53,495 nt of DNA from an uncultured Spirochaetota bacterium (GTDB lineage Bacteria; Spirochaetota; B62-G9; DRHN01). A program made the translations under genes and the position numbers. How positions within the stretch are numbered: the first letter of the stretch is position 1; each line of letters begins with the position of its first letter. The stretch spans positions 6,730 to 60,224 of the forward strand of contig CAYFYU010000012.1 of assembly GCA_964347455.1 (NCBI GenBank), written 5' to 3'. The notes under the pieces were generated by a model. That model was not told where the DNA came from. It ran no database searches and saw only the letters and a program-made list of their open reading frames with translations. Positions 26,671-35,205 of the stretch are shown here, piece after piece.

Positions 26671-27645
26671 ATGAATTCCTTTGGCAGTGAAAATGATGGA
26701 GCGATGCTACATCTGCGAGATGATGAAGATGATCCGCTCGCTGTTTACCTAAAACAGATTAAAAGGATATCCCTTCTGACGGCTGAAGAGGAGAAAAAAT
26801 GCTATATTGAAATGAGATACTATCGGGATAAATTGAACAATTTAGAGCGGGACTTAAGATCACGTAAATTGGCTAAAGGAGAATATGATGGGGAAAAAAA
26901 GAAGTGGGAAGGTAAAATTGTAGAGGTCAAAAACAGAATTATTACGGCGAATCTGAGGCTTGTCGTAAGCATTGCGAAAAAATATCAGCACCGAGGTCTC
27001 TCATTGATAGACTTAATAGATGAGGGTAATATCGGTTTAATTGAGGCAGTCGATAGATTCGATTATACAAAGGGGTTCAAATTCAGTACCTACAGTACAT
27101 GGTGGATAAGGCAATCAATAATTAAAGCCATTGCAAACAAGGGCAGATTGATAAGAGTGCCAATTCATATGCTTAATACCATTAAAAAGTGTTACTTTGT
27201 AACCAAGCAGCTTACACAGAAGTATGGACGGGAACCCACTGCAGCTGAAATATCTCAAAAATTGGGGGTACCTGAAGAAAAGGTACTAAAAATTTTACAC
27301 ATTGCTCAAGAACCAGGTTCCTTAGAGGTACCTGTAAATCCAGATAGCACTTCCGAACTTGGTGATCTCATAGTCGATATTGATAGTCAGAGCCATGAAG
27401 ATGCTGTTTTTTTTATGGCACTTCAGGAACTTATCAAACAGGTCTTAGACAAACTAAGTAAGCGAGAAAAGAAGATCATTGAACTCAGATTTGGTCTTGA
27501 TGGCGAAGGACCTTATACACTGGAAGAGACAGGTAAACTCATCGGCATTACAAGAGAAAGGGTAAGGCAGATACAGAACAACGCGATAAGAAAATTGAAA
27601 AATTTCAAACTTTCCGAAGATCTAAAGGAATTCATCGTCCGGTAG
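26671..27645 (+). CDS. Sigma70-family sigma factor, group 2-like (RpoS/RpoD-like core, no region 1.1)
   Basis: 324 aa with [60 protein letters not shown] and region 4.2 [27 protein letters not shown]. It has a charged insertion between regions 1.2 and 2. Confidence 0.85.
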   Translation: MNSFGSENDGAMLHLRDDEDDPLAVYLKQIKRISLLTAEEEKKCYIEMRYYRDKLNNLERDLRSRKLAKGEYDGEKKKWEGKIVEVKNRIITANLRLVVSIAKKYQHRGLSLIDLIDEGNIGLIEAVDRFDYTKGFKFSTYSTWWIRQSIIKAIANKGRLIRVPIHMLNTIKKCYFVTKQLTQKYGREPTAAEISQKLGVPEEKVLKILHIAQEPGSLEVPVNPDSTSELGDLIVDIDSQSHEDAVFFMALQELIKQVLDKLSKREKKIIELRFGLDGEGPYTLEETGKLIGITRERVRQIQNNAIRKLKNFKLSEDLKEFIVR

Positions 27646-27675
27646 CATTCGATCAATCCTTCGAAAGGTACATGA

Positions 27676-28194
27676 ATGGACCTCTATTCAATGATCCGGA
27701 ATATACCGGATTTTCCAAAACCCGGAGTTCAATTTAAGGATTTGACTACACTCTGGAAGAACCCAGAGGCTTTCAGAAAATCAATTGATCTTCTCTTTGA
27801 AAGATACAGGAAAAAGGGGATAACCAAGGTCGTGGGTGCTGAAGCCAGGGGATTCATTGTGGGCAGTCCTCTCGCTTATCGTTTGAATGCTGGTTTTGTA
27901 CCGGTAAGAAAAAAGGGGAAACTTCCCTTCAAACAGGTTGAGGCAACCTACGAACTGGAGTACGGAACGGATACACTCACCATGCATCAGGATGCTATAG
28001 CAAGGGGCGATAACGTTCTTATTGTTGATGATCTCCTTGCTACCGGTGGTACTCTAAAAGCAATAATTGAACTGATCCGTAAACTGGAGGGAGATATCAT
28101 TGAAGCGGCTTTCCTGGTTGAATTGGAGTTTCTCGGAGGAAGAAAAGAGATTCAAATTCCCGTATTCTCTCTTTTACAGTACGCGAATGAATAG
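27676..28194 (+). CDS. apt: Adenine phosphoribosyltransferase
   Basis: 172 aa with IPDFPKPGVQFKDLT, the PRPP-binding motif VLIVDDLLATGGT, and the typical Apt length. Confidence 0.9.
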   Translation: MDLYSMIRNIPDFPKPGVQFKDLTTLWKNPEAFRKSIDLLFERYRKKGITKVVGAEARGFIVGSPLAYRLNAGFVPVRKKGKLPFKQVEATYELEYGTDTLTMHQDAIARGDNVLIVDDLLATGGTLKAIIELIRKLEGDIIEAAFLVELEFLGGRKEIQIPVFSLLQYANE

Positions 28195-28357
28195 CACAAC
28201 GCTGCAGTGGGAGAGGACCAGTCCAATTAGGACTTTTGAAATAGGTTCGATTTGACGATATATAATTAAAGTGCTGAGGACACTCACATGGGTGAAAAAT
28301 ATTGACGCGTGATACTTATTGCCATATAATTTTACAAGCTGAAAAGGACTCCTTTTG

Positions 28358-29575
28358 ATGAACAAAGAATTCTCTCTCAGTCTTGCGACTATTGTAACAC
28401 CTTATGAAATAAAGAATAACACGAGTATAAAAATATCTGAGGGGAAAATTACAGGTTTTTCCAAGTCAAATAATAAAGATTACGAGTTTGATCAATCCTA
28501 TATTCTCTTTCCTTCCATTTTTAATGCCCATGATCACCTTTTTGGTACTTATTATCCTAAAATAGGAAGCGGACCGTACGTATGCTGGCTCCCCTGGGAC
28601 TACGATCTTAAAACATCTGACATTTATAAAGAGCGAAACAAGAATTCACCTTTTCTAATATATCAACTTGGCTCATATAAGAACCTTATCTCTGGTGTAA
28701 CAACGGTTCATGATCATATACCACATAAGATTAATGATCCTTTTATCGATAAACTGCCCATTCGAGTATTAAAAAATTATGCCCTCTCCCATGAGGCATC
28801 CGCATACGACCTTAAATGGGGGGAGGGTATTGACATCGAACATAAAAAGGCGGTAAGTAATAATATACCCTATGTGACTCACATAGAAGAGGGTTGGGAT
28901 GATGAATCACTTCGGGGTATCGACATACTTCTTGAACACAAAGCACTTACTAATTATACGGTAATGATCCATGGTATCGGATTTTCTCAAAAGGACATTG
29001 AGGTTGTAGCAAAGCGGGGGGGAAATTTTATCTGGTGCCCTGGTTCCAACATGTATATGTTTGGAAAAACCGCGAAAGTAAAGGAAATAATGCAAGCAGG
29101 AATCAACACTTCGATAGGCACCGATTCACCTGCTTCCGGTGAGCTTCATATACTTGAGGAAATTCGTTTCGCGAAGAAGACCTATAAGCATATATATTCT
29201 GAAGAAATACCTGATCAAACTTTAGTAAAGATGATTACGGTAAATCCTGCAAAAGCATTTCGATTACAGGATAAACTCGGTTCGCTTGAGGAGGGAAAGC
29301 TCGGCGATCTCCTTGTCATATCAGGGAACGGTAAAAATCCATACGGTTCACTCGTGAATGCATCGCTAAAGGATATTGCACTTATCTTTATGGAGGGGCA
29401 ACCCCTTTACGGGAATGTGGAGTTTAGAGAAATATTTGAGGATCTTGGTTCGGATTGTACCAAGATAACGGTTGAAGGGAAGGATAAATATATTGTCGGT
29501 GACCCTAATTCAATTATGGAGAAAATGCGAAATACTGTGGGCTTTAACAAAGAACTCCCATTTTTACCGATTTAG
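28358..29575 (+). CDS. Metal-dependent amidohydrolase-superfamily protein (deaminase/chlorohydrolase-like)
   Basis: About 405 aa. It has the N-terminal metal motif FNAHDHL, later HG and GTDS, and a composite beta-sandwich C-terminus. Substrate unknown. Confidence 0.7.
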   Translation: MNKEFSLSLATIVTPYEIKNNTSIKISEGKITGFSKSNNKDYEFDQSYILFPSIFNAHDHLFGTYYPKIGSGPYVCWLPWDYDLKTSDIYKERNKNSPFLIYQLGSYKNLISGVTTVHDHIPHKINDPFIDKLPIRVLKNYALSHEASAYDLKWGEGIDIEHKKAVSNNIPYVTHIEEGWDDESLRGIDILLEHKALTNYTVMIHGIGFSQKDIEVVAKRGGNFIWCPGSNMYMFGKTAKVKEIMQAGINTSIGTDSPASGELHILEEIRFAKKTYKHIYSEEIPDQTLVKMITVNPAKAFRLQDKLGSLEEGKLGDLLVISGNGKNPYGSLVNASLKDIALIFMEGQPLYGNVEFREIFEDLGSDCTKITVEGKDKYIVGDPNSIMEKMRNTVGFNKELPFLPI

Positions 29576-29584
29576 GAATCTATA

Positions 29585-30634
29585 GTGCCAGGAATTTTAA
29601 GAAACTACAAATCAGGTTCTATTATATACTTTGTAGGAGACGTAGGCGACAATATATATGTTTTGAAGGCCGGTGCGGTAAGCCTTATATACCATTCAAT
29701 TGAGACGAATGAAGAAGTTCGGGAGACAATCAAAAATGGAGAATTCTTTGGCGTAAAATCTGCGCTTGCAAAACGTCCCCGGGAAGAGACTGCCCTCGTC
29801 ATCAAACCTTCACAGGTACTCGTTCTTAGTACAGCAGAGTTTGAACTTCTCGTTACCAAGAATATTAATATTATTAGAAATTTCCTGCGTGTTTTCAGCA
29901 ACCAGTTAAGAAGAGTGGGAAAACAAGTTCACAGCTTTTTAAACCATGCTGAAGTTGGAGATAATCAAGCAGAGCTATTTAAAATAGCTGAATACTATCT
30001 AAAAAATCATAAGTATTCGCAGGCACTCTACGTTTATCAGACCTATTTAAAGCATTATAAAAATGGGAGTTTCATTTCCCAAGCGAAGGAAAGAATCAGT
30101 GCAATCGAAGATGCAATGGCGGGCAAAGGCCCTGGAACATATGCGGCTATGTCTGGAGAAAAAGTTGCAGAAACGGTTCCTGCTATGGAAGGATCTGTTC
30201 CAGAGGTCGAGCAGGAGACAGATTCTAAGGAAACGATAGATATAGCAACGAAGTATTACGACGGTGTTAGCCTGTTTTCTCAGGAAAAGTATGAGGATGC
30301 ATATAATCTCTTCAAAACTCTCCATGCTTCTGGGTCCCTCGATGCTGGAGCATCTGAGTATATTCCCAGAATCGAGTTTGAAATGGGCAGATGTCTTATA
30401 GCACTGAAAAAATATCAAGAGTCTATCTCAGTTTTTACAAATATGATTAAGAAATACCCTAAAGATGAAAATCTAAAGGACGCACTATTTAACATTGGGA
30501 TTGCCTATAAACATCAGGGTGACAAAGGAAAAGCCGCATCTTTTTTTCAGAAAGTATTAAAGATGCTGCCGGAAAGTCCCATAGACAAGAAAGCGAAAAG
30601 GGAACTCTCCAGTTTGGACGTTTCCTTTTCTTAA
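29585..30634 (+). CDS. Cyclic-nucleotide-binding domain protein with C-terminal TPR repeats
   Basis: GTG start. The N-terminal cNMP-binding beta-roll reads GDNIYVLKAGAVSL...GEFFGVKSALAKRPREETA. The C-terminal TPR-like repeats read YYLKNHKYSQALYVYQTYL and ALFNIGIAYKHQGDKGKAASFFQKVL. Confidence 0.65.
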   Translation: MPGILRNYKSGSIIYFVGDVGDNIYVLKAGAVSLIYHSIETNEEVRETIKNGEFFGVKSALAKRPREETALVIKPSQVLVLSTAEFELLVTKNINIIRNFLRVFSNQLRRVGKQVHSFLNHAEVGDNQAELFKIAEYYLKNHKYSQALYVYQTYLKHYKNGSFISQAKERISAIEDAMAGKGPGTYAAMSGEKVAETVPAMEGSVPEVEQETDSKETIDIATKYYDGVSLFSQEKYEDAYNLFKTLHASGSLDAGASEYIPRIEFEMGRCLIALKKYQESISVFTNMIKKYPKDENLKDALFNIGIAYKHQGDKGKAASFFQKVLKMLPESPIDKKAKRELSSLDVSFS

Positions 30635-30661
30635 TTCAGTAAATAAAGAAGAGATATAAAA

Positions 30662-31309
30662 ATGAACGGCAGTATGTTTAGTAAATTCGGCGTTACTTAC
30701 AAGCCGGATGATATATTGTTCTGCGAATATGAGCCGGGAAAAGATTTTTATATTCTACAAGAGGGAAGGGTAAAAGTTACGAAAATCGTTTCAGATATGG
30801 AGAAAACACTCGACATATTTCATCCCGGTGATATTTTTGGGGAGATGGCAATACTTGAAGACCAACCGCGGAGTGCAACCGCTATTGCGATCGACGAAGT
30901 TAGGGCTCTTAAATTTAATAAAGAAAATTTTGATCTGCTGCTGCAGGGCAACCCACAGCTCGCCTTCAATATACTTAAAATCTTTTCAAATCGAATTTAT
31001 GATGCAAAAAGAAGACTCCTCATACTTACACTTCCGGATATTGAGTCAAAGGTATGCGATGTCTTTCTCATGCTGGCGGAAAATCAACACATATCACCGA
31101 AAACTACCAATCCTGTAACGTTTAACAGTAAAGTTGATGAGATTGCACATTGGTGCGGAGAAAAGGTAGGCAAAGTTAAATCGGTGCTGGGCAATTTTAC
31201 AGATACCGGTAAAATTCAGATCTATGAAGACAGGATTGTGGTGAAGAATTTATATGAAATGTTTCGAATTGTAAAAAATAAAAGAAAAGCACAAACAAAG
31301 GAAGAGTAG
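30662..31309 (+). CDS. Crp/Fnr-family cNMP-binding regulator
   Basis: 215 aa with FYILQEGRVKV...GDIFGEMAILEDQPRSATAIA, followed by a C-terminal helical/HTH-like region. Confidence 0.7.
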   Translation: MNGSMFSKFGVTYKPDDILFCEYEPGKDFYILQEGRVKVTKIVSDMEKTLDIFHPGDIFGEMAILEDQPRSATAIAIDEVRALKFNKENFDLLLQGNPQLAFNILKIFSNRIYDAKRRLLILTLPDIESKVCDVFLMLAENQHISPKTTNPVTFNSKVDEIAHWCGEKVGKVKSVLGNFTDTGKIQIYEDRIVVKNLYEMFRIVKNKRKAQTKEE

Positions 31310-31326
31310 CCTCCCCTATATCTACA

Positions 31327-32115
31327 TTAGCGGTTGTACATCCATTTGTCCTGTGAGTATTTATCACGGACAAGAGCCGTTGTCATTGACAATTCAAAAT
31401 CAGAAAGCTCACCTTCAATAAGAGGAATATGCTGCCCAAAACCATTTTTCAAAGCAGTAAGAAGATCCTCTTCATTTATTCTGACAGCAGCGGCCTGACT
31501 CAGAGAGCTAATGTTTTTTTTAAAGGAGGAATCACATTTCAAATATTTTGATATCTTTTTATACGATCCGGTGAGTGGAATGGCGCCATGCTGAAGAACC
31601 ACGCCGTCTTTTATAACCTGTGCGCTGCCAATAAGCTTACCATGACCAAGAGTTTCGATTTCAAATTGTGCCGGTGAAGCGAAACAATTCGCAGATCGAA
31701 GGTCTCCACGGGATTTTTCTGCTATTTTACATTCAATACCAAGCAGGCGCAATGAATCCGCGAGACATCCTGCAACAAAAATGAAAATATCTTTTTTCCT
31801 AAAGGGTTTGTAATCATTCTCAGTAAAGAGAATGCTGTAGGTAAGCTCATTGTCATGAAGGACCGCCCTTCCACCTGTGGGTCGTCTGACAATACCGAGA
31901 CCATCTTCTTTGCATTTATTATGATCAATATCAGCGGCGCTTTGAAATAGTCCAATAGAAATCGTTGGCGGATCCCATTTATAAATTCTCAGAACAGGAT
32001 GTGAACGATTTTCTTTAAGCCCAATGAGTATGGCTTCATCCATAGCCATATTCGTATATCCGTCATGTGTGCCTGAGTTAATAAGACGAAATGCTCTCGT
32101 ACTATTTTGAATCAT
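31327..32115 (-). CDS. Lipoate-protein ligase / octanoyltransferase family protein (BPL/LPL catalytic domain)
   Basis: Track ORF is 31327..32157. ATG 32115 is preferred because it lies 1 nt after the PBP1A stop. Motifs are VRRPTGGRAVLHD and KLIGSAQ. Confidence 0.75.
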   Translation of the reverse strand: MIQNSTRAFRLINSGTHDGYTNMAMDEAILIGLKENRSHPVLRIYKWDPPTISIGLFQSAADIDHNKCKEDGLGIVRRPTGGRAVLHDNELTYSILFTENDYKPFRKKDIFIFVAGCLADSLRLLGIECKIAEKSRGDLRSANCFASPAQFEIETLGHGKLIGSAQVIKDGVVLQHGAIPLTGSYKKISKYLKCDSSFKKNISSLSQAAAVRINEEDLLTALKNGFGQHIPLIEGELSDFELSMTTALVRDKYSQDKWMYNR

Positions 32116-32116
32116 C

Positions 32117-34831
32117 TTATTCGGTTTCAAGAAGATTTGATGGATCGGATTCTTCAACTCGATCAGTTGCTGCTTCCATCATGAGTTCGATTGCTCGGTC
32201 GTCCGTATCTTCACGAGCATTATTCACAAGATCATCGCTTTCCTCGGCGGGTTCTTCAAGAGCAGCTGGACTATTGCTTTTTTCACTCGAATCGGTGGAT
32301 GGATCGTCTGGCTGGGGTGTAGGGATGATTTCTTCCTCTTTAAGCAGGTCGGGTAGTTCATCTTCTTCAAAATATGTTGGAGATTCCTCATCCTCAGTTA
32401 ATCCCATATCATAATCTAATTCATCGTTTTGATTATTAATCTCTGAAAAGGTATCTCCCGTTTCTCTGTTCAAAAGTCTCGATGAAGACTTCTTACGTTT
32501 AAAGATATCGACATTGAAAGAGTCTCCTTTTTCATCTCCGTTGCATTTGGTACTATATTCCGTTGGAACTGTGCCCTCGAGAAAATACTCTGTGATAATA
32601 TCCTGGCAATCCTTTGTCGGTAGAAGTCCCGAATTCTTGTCGATATTGATAGTGTATACGCCTTTGGGTCGTGAGTACCATGTTGCCGATGTATCCTGAA
32701 GAGCATCTCTCATGAACTGCGCCCAGATGGGAGCCGCAACAATTCCTCCTGCCTGTCCCCTTCCTAATGAAATACTGTTTCGGTCAAATCCTACCCACAC
32801 AGATGCCACAAGATCCGGTGTAAATCCGGTAAACCAGGCATCCTTCCAGTTCTGGGTTGTTCCTGTTTTTCCAGCTGCCGGCCTGTCGAAGCCATTATTA
32901 ATTGCAGCCCTATAGCCAGTTCCACCCGGTCGCAGCACATCGCGCAGCATGTCAACGATGATGTAATTCGTTTGTTCCGTAAGTATCTGTTTTTGACCAT
33001 CTCTCATCTCACGTTTGCGAAGCTCTGCTTCAAAGTTATCAATGAGATTTCCATCCCTGTCCAGAACATAGAGAATCGCTATTGGTGTTACTTCCTGTCC
33101 TTTGTTTGCAAAGGTGCAGAAACCTTTTGCTTGTTCATAAGGTGAAAGTTCTACAACTCCAAGTGCAATTGAGTAAACTTTTGGAAATCTCTCTTCAATT
33201 TCATCCGGAGCAGTTATTCCGAGGATCCCAGAAGCGTACTTGACAACTGTGTCCACACCGAGCCTGTCTACGATTTTTGCTGTTACGACATTTACGGACC
33301 TGCGGAGAGCCTCTCGCAATCGGAGCTTACCACGGTATTTGCCGCTATAATTATCAGGGATCCATTCCTCTTCTCCGTCGTAGAAAACAACAGGGCTATC
33401 AACAATTATAGATGCCGTCGTAAAAATTTTTGTGTCGATGGCTGCAGAATATATGTATGGTTTGAACCCAGAGCCGGTCTGCCTTCTTATCTGTACTGCT
33501 CGATTGATCTGATTATCTTCAGAAAATCTACTTCCGCCAACCATTGCTGTGATGTAGCCAGTCTTGGGCTCGATGGCGATGAATCCTCCCTCAACTTTCT
33601 GGAATTCCCCGGCGCTCTCATCAATCAGATAGGAGCTCTCTACTATTCGACCTATATCATTCGTCCCAAATATGAATGAGATCATATCGAGAGGAGCAAT
33701 TAAATTTTCATCGAGATAGTCCAATATTCTCCCTTCATTTTTTTGTTGTCCAATGTTTAAATTTTCCAGATTGAAAAGAAGAGAAAGCATATCGAGAGAG
33801 TCGATAAACCTCTTGTCGAGGGATTCCCGTACTGTATTCATCGTTATCTTATAGATTTCGTTCTGTCGATCGAGTCCCTCAGTAAGGTATTTTTCTGCGT
33901 ATGCCTGATGTTTTAATTCGAGTGAGGTGTAAACCTTGAGTCCATCCGTGTATATACGTTCCGAACCGTATAGTTTTTCCAATTTTTGACGTACATACTC
34001 AACAAAATGGGGTGCCTTGTTTTCCGAAAGCTTGTAAACTGATTGTGAAGGAGATCGCATCTGCAATCTGAAACTTACCCAAAAATCTTGAAAGGATTCA
34101 TATGCTTCCTCTGGACTCACCATTTTCAGTTTTACCATGCTTTCAAGAACCCGTTCCTGTCTTTTTCTCGCGAGATGAGGATTTTTCAGTGGTGATAGCC
34201 TATTTGGTGACTGAGGGAGTCCTGCAAGCATAGCACATTCAGCTAGTGTCAGCTTTGATATCGGTTTGTTGAAATAGAACTGTGAGGCAGCCTGTATCCC
34301 ATAGGCACCGTGACCGAAGTAAATTTGATTGAAATAAAGTGTAAGTATCTCGTTTTTGGAATACCTCTTTTCAATTTTTAGAGAGAGCCAGATTTCTTTA
34401 ATCTTCCGAGCATAGGTTTTTTCCCTTCCAGTGAAGAGAGTTCTGGCGAGCTGCATGGTTATGGTGCTGGCACCTTGACTTATTCTTCCTGATTTTACAT
34501 TTGCGATAAATGCTCCGAATACTCTTTTTACATGTATACCTCGATGGGAATAAAACTGGCTATCCTCAATTGCCAGAATGGCATTGATCAAATTTTTTGG
34601 GAGCTCCTCGAAGGTTACCGGTTCTCTTTTCACGGTGAACAGTTCACTGATCAGTTCTCCGTTACGATCATAGATTTTTGATGGAATCTCTGGTTTGAAA
34701 TTCTCAAGGCTTGAAATATCCGTTGTGTCATCGAAAACCGAAATAACTATGCCCAACCCTGAACCTAGAACTATGGAGAGAAAGAGTAATATATAGATGA
34801 GAATTTTTTCCAATTTGTTTAAATGCTTCAT
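32117..34831 (-). CDS. Penicillin-binding protein 1A (bifunctional GT51 transglycosylase / transpeptidase) with an acidic C-terminal tail of about 150 aa
   Basis: 904 aa. GT51 motifs are EDSQFYSHRGI and RKIKEIWLSLKIEKRYSK. Transpeptidase motifs are SGFK (SxxK), SVN (SxN) and KTGT. The tail is rich in D/E/S/P. Confidence 0.9.
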   Translation of the reverse strand: MKHLNKLEKILIYILLFLSIVLGSGLGIVISVFDDTTDISSLENFKPEIPSKIYDRNGELISELFTVKREPVTFEELPKNLINAILAIEDSQFYSHRGIHVKRVFGAFIANVKSGRISQGASTITMQLARTLFTGREKTYARKIKEIWLSLKIEKRYSKNEILTLYFNQIYFGHGAYGIQAASQFYFNKPISKLTLAECAMLAGLPQSPNRLSPLKNPHLARKRQERVLESMVKLKMVSPEEAYESFQDFWVSFRLQMRSPSQSVYKLSENKAPHFVEYVRQKLEKLYGSERIYTDGLKVYTSLELKHQAYAEKYLTEGLDRQNEIYKITMNTVRESLDKRFIDSLDMLSLLFNLENLNIGQQKNEGRILDYLDENLIAPLDMISFIFGTNDIGRIVESSYLIDESAGEFQKVEGGFIAIEPKTGYITAMVGGSRFSEDNQINRAVQIRRQTGSGFKPYIYSAAIDTKIFTTASIIVDSPVVFYDGEEEWIPDNYSGKYRGKLRLREALRRSVNVVTAKIVDRLGVDTVVKYASGILGITAPDEIEERFPKVYSIALGVVELSPYEQAKGFCTFANKGQEVTPIAILYVLDRDGNLIDNFEAELRKREMRDGQKQILTEQTNYIIVDMLRDVLRPGGTGYRAAINNGFDRPAAGKTGTTQNWKDAWFTGFTPDLVASVWVGFDRNSISLGRGQAGGIVAAPIWAQFMRDALQDTSATWYSRPKGVYTINIDKNSGLLPTKDCQDIITEYFLEGTVPTEYSTKCNGDEKGDSFNVDIFKRKKSSSRLLNRETGDTFSEINNQNDELDYDMGLTEDEESPTYFEEDELPDLLKEEEIIPTPQPDDPSTDSSEKSNSPAALEEPAEESDDLVNNAREDTDDRAIELMMEAATDRVEESDPSNLLETE

Positions 34832-34913
34832 TTGTGGTTACATGACATGAGGTTCTGTTGTGGAGAATTATCAAATGAACCTTACTAAGGAATGTTTAAA
34901 AAGTCAAGAGCAA

Positions 34914-34941
34914 TAAAAAAGACTAGCGTAACGCTAGTCTT
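34914..34941 (-). terminator. Orphan intrinsic terminator on the minus strand, upstream of the PBP1A promoter region
   Basis: The minus strand reads AAGACTAGCG-TTA-CGCTAGTCTT followed by TTTTTAT, a 10-bp perfect stem at 34919-34941. No annotated minus-strand gene lies upstream of it. Confidence 0.6.
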
Positions 34942-34982
34942 CGTCGGATACAAAAAAATAGTTAACTGGGAGGGGAACTATA

Positions 34983-35072
34983 ATGTTTGCACCGACATCA
35001 CTATTTTCGGAATTCTCAATGGAATACTTTATAGAATGTTACTGTTTTGTTTTAATAATCTTTTCCCGATAA
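34983..35072 (+). CDS. Candidate 29-codon small ORF (MFAPTSLFSEFSMEYFIECYCFVLIIFSR)
   Basis: GGGAGGGG (34968-34975) lies 7 nt before ATG 34983. The ORF is below the track length cut-off. The C-terminal half is hydrophobic. Coding status is unproven. Confidence 0.25.
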   Translation: MFAPTSLFSEFSMEYFIECYCFVLIIFSR

Positions 35073-35205
35073 TAAATTAGGTCGACTCACAAGTTCGAAC
35101 TTATTATTTAATTGACAGTTAATAATTTAACAATTTCAACTTATCTTGATAGTGTGGATAATTCTTTGGAAACTTGTTAAAATAAAATTGGGGGTAGTTC
35201 TGAGG

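Noticed and set aside
32091-32414. 107-aa Ser-rich ORF on the plus strand
   Set aside because: It is antisense to the acidic tail of PBP1A. GAA/GAT-rich coding sequence reads as Ser/Ile-rich on the opposite strand. It has no SD and is pure low complexity.
34892-35080. 62-aa plus-strand ORF spanning the orphan terminator
   Set aside because: The SD-like AAGGA abuts the ATG with no spacer, and the ORF runs straight through a 10-bp perfect hairpin. The shorter ORF at 34983, in another frame, has a far better SD.
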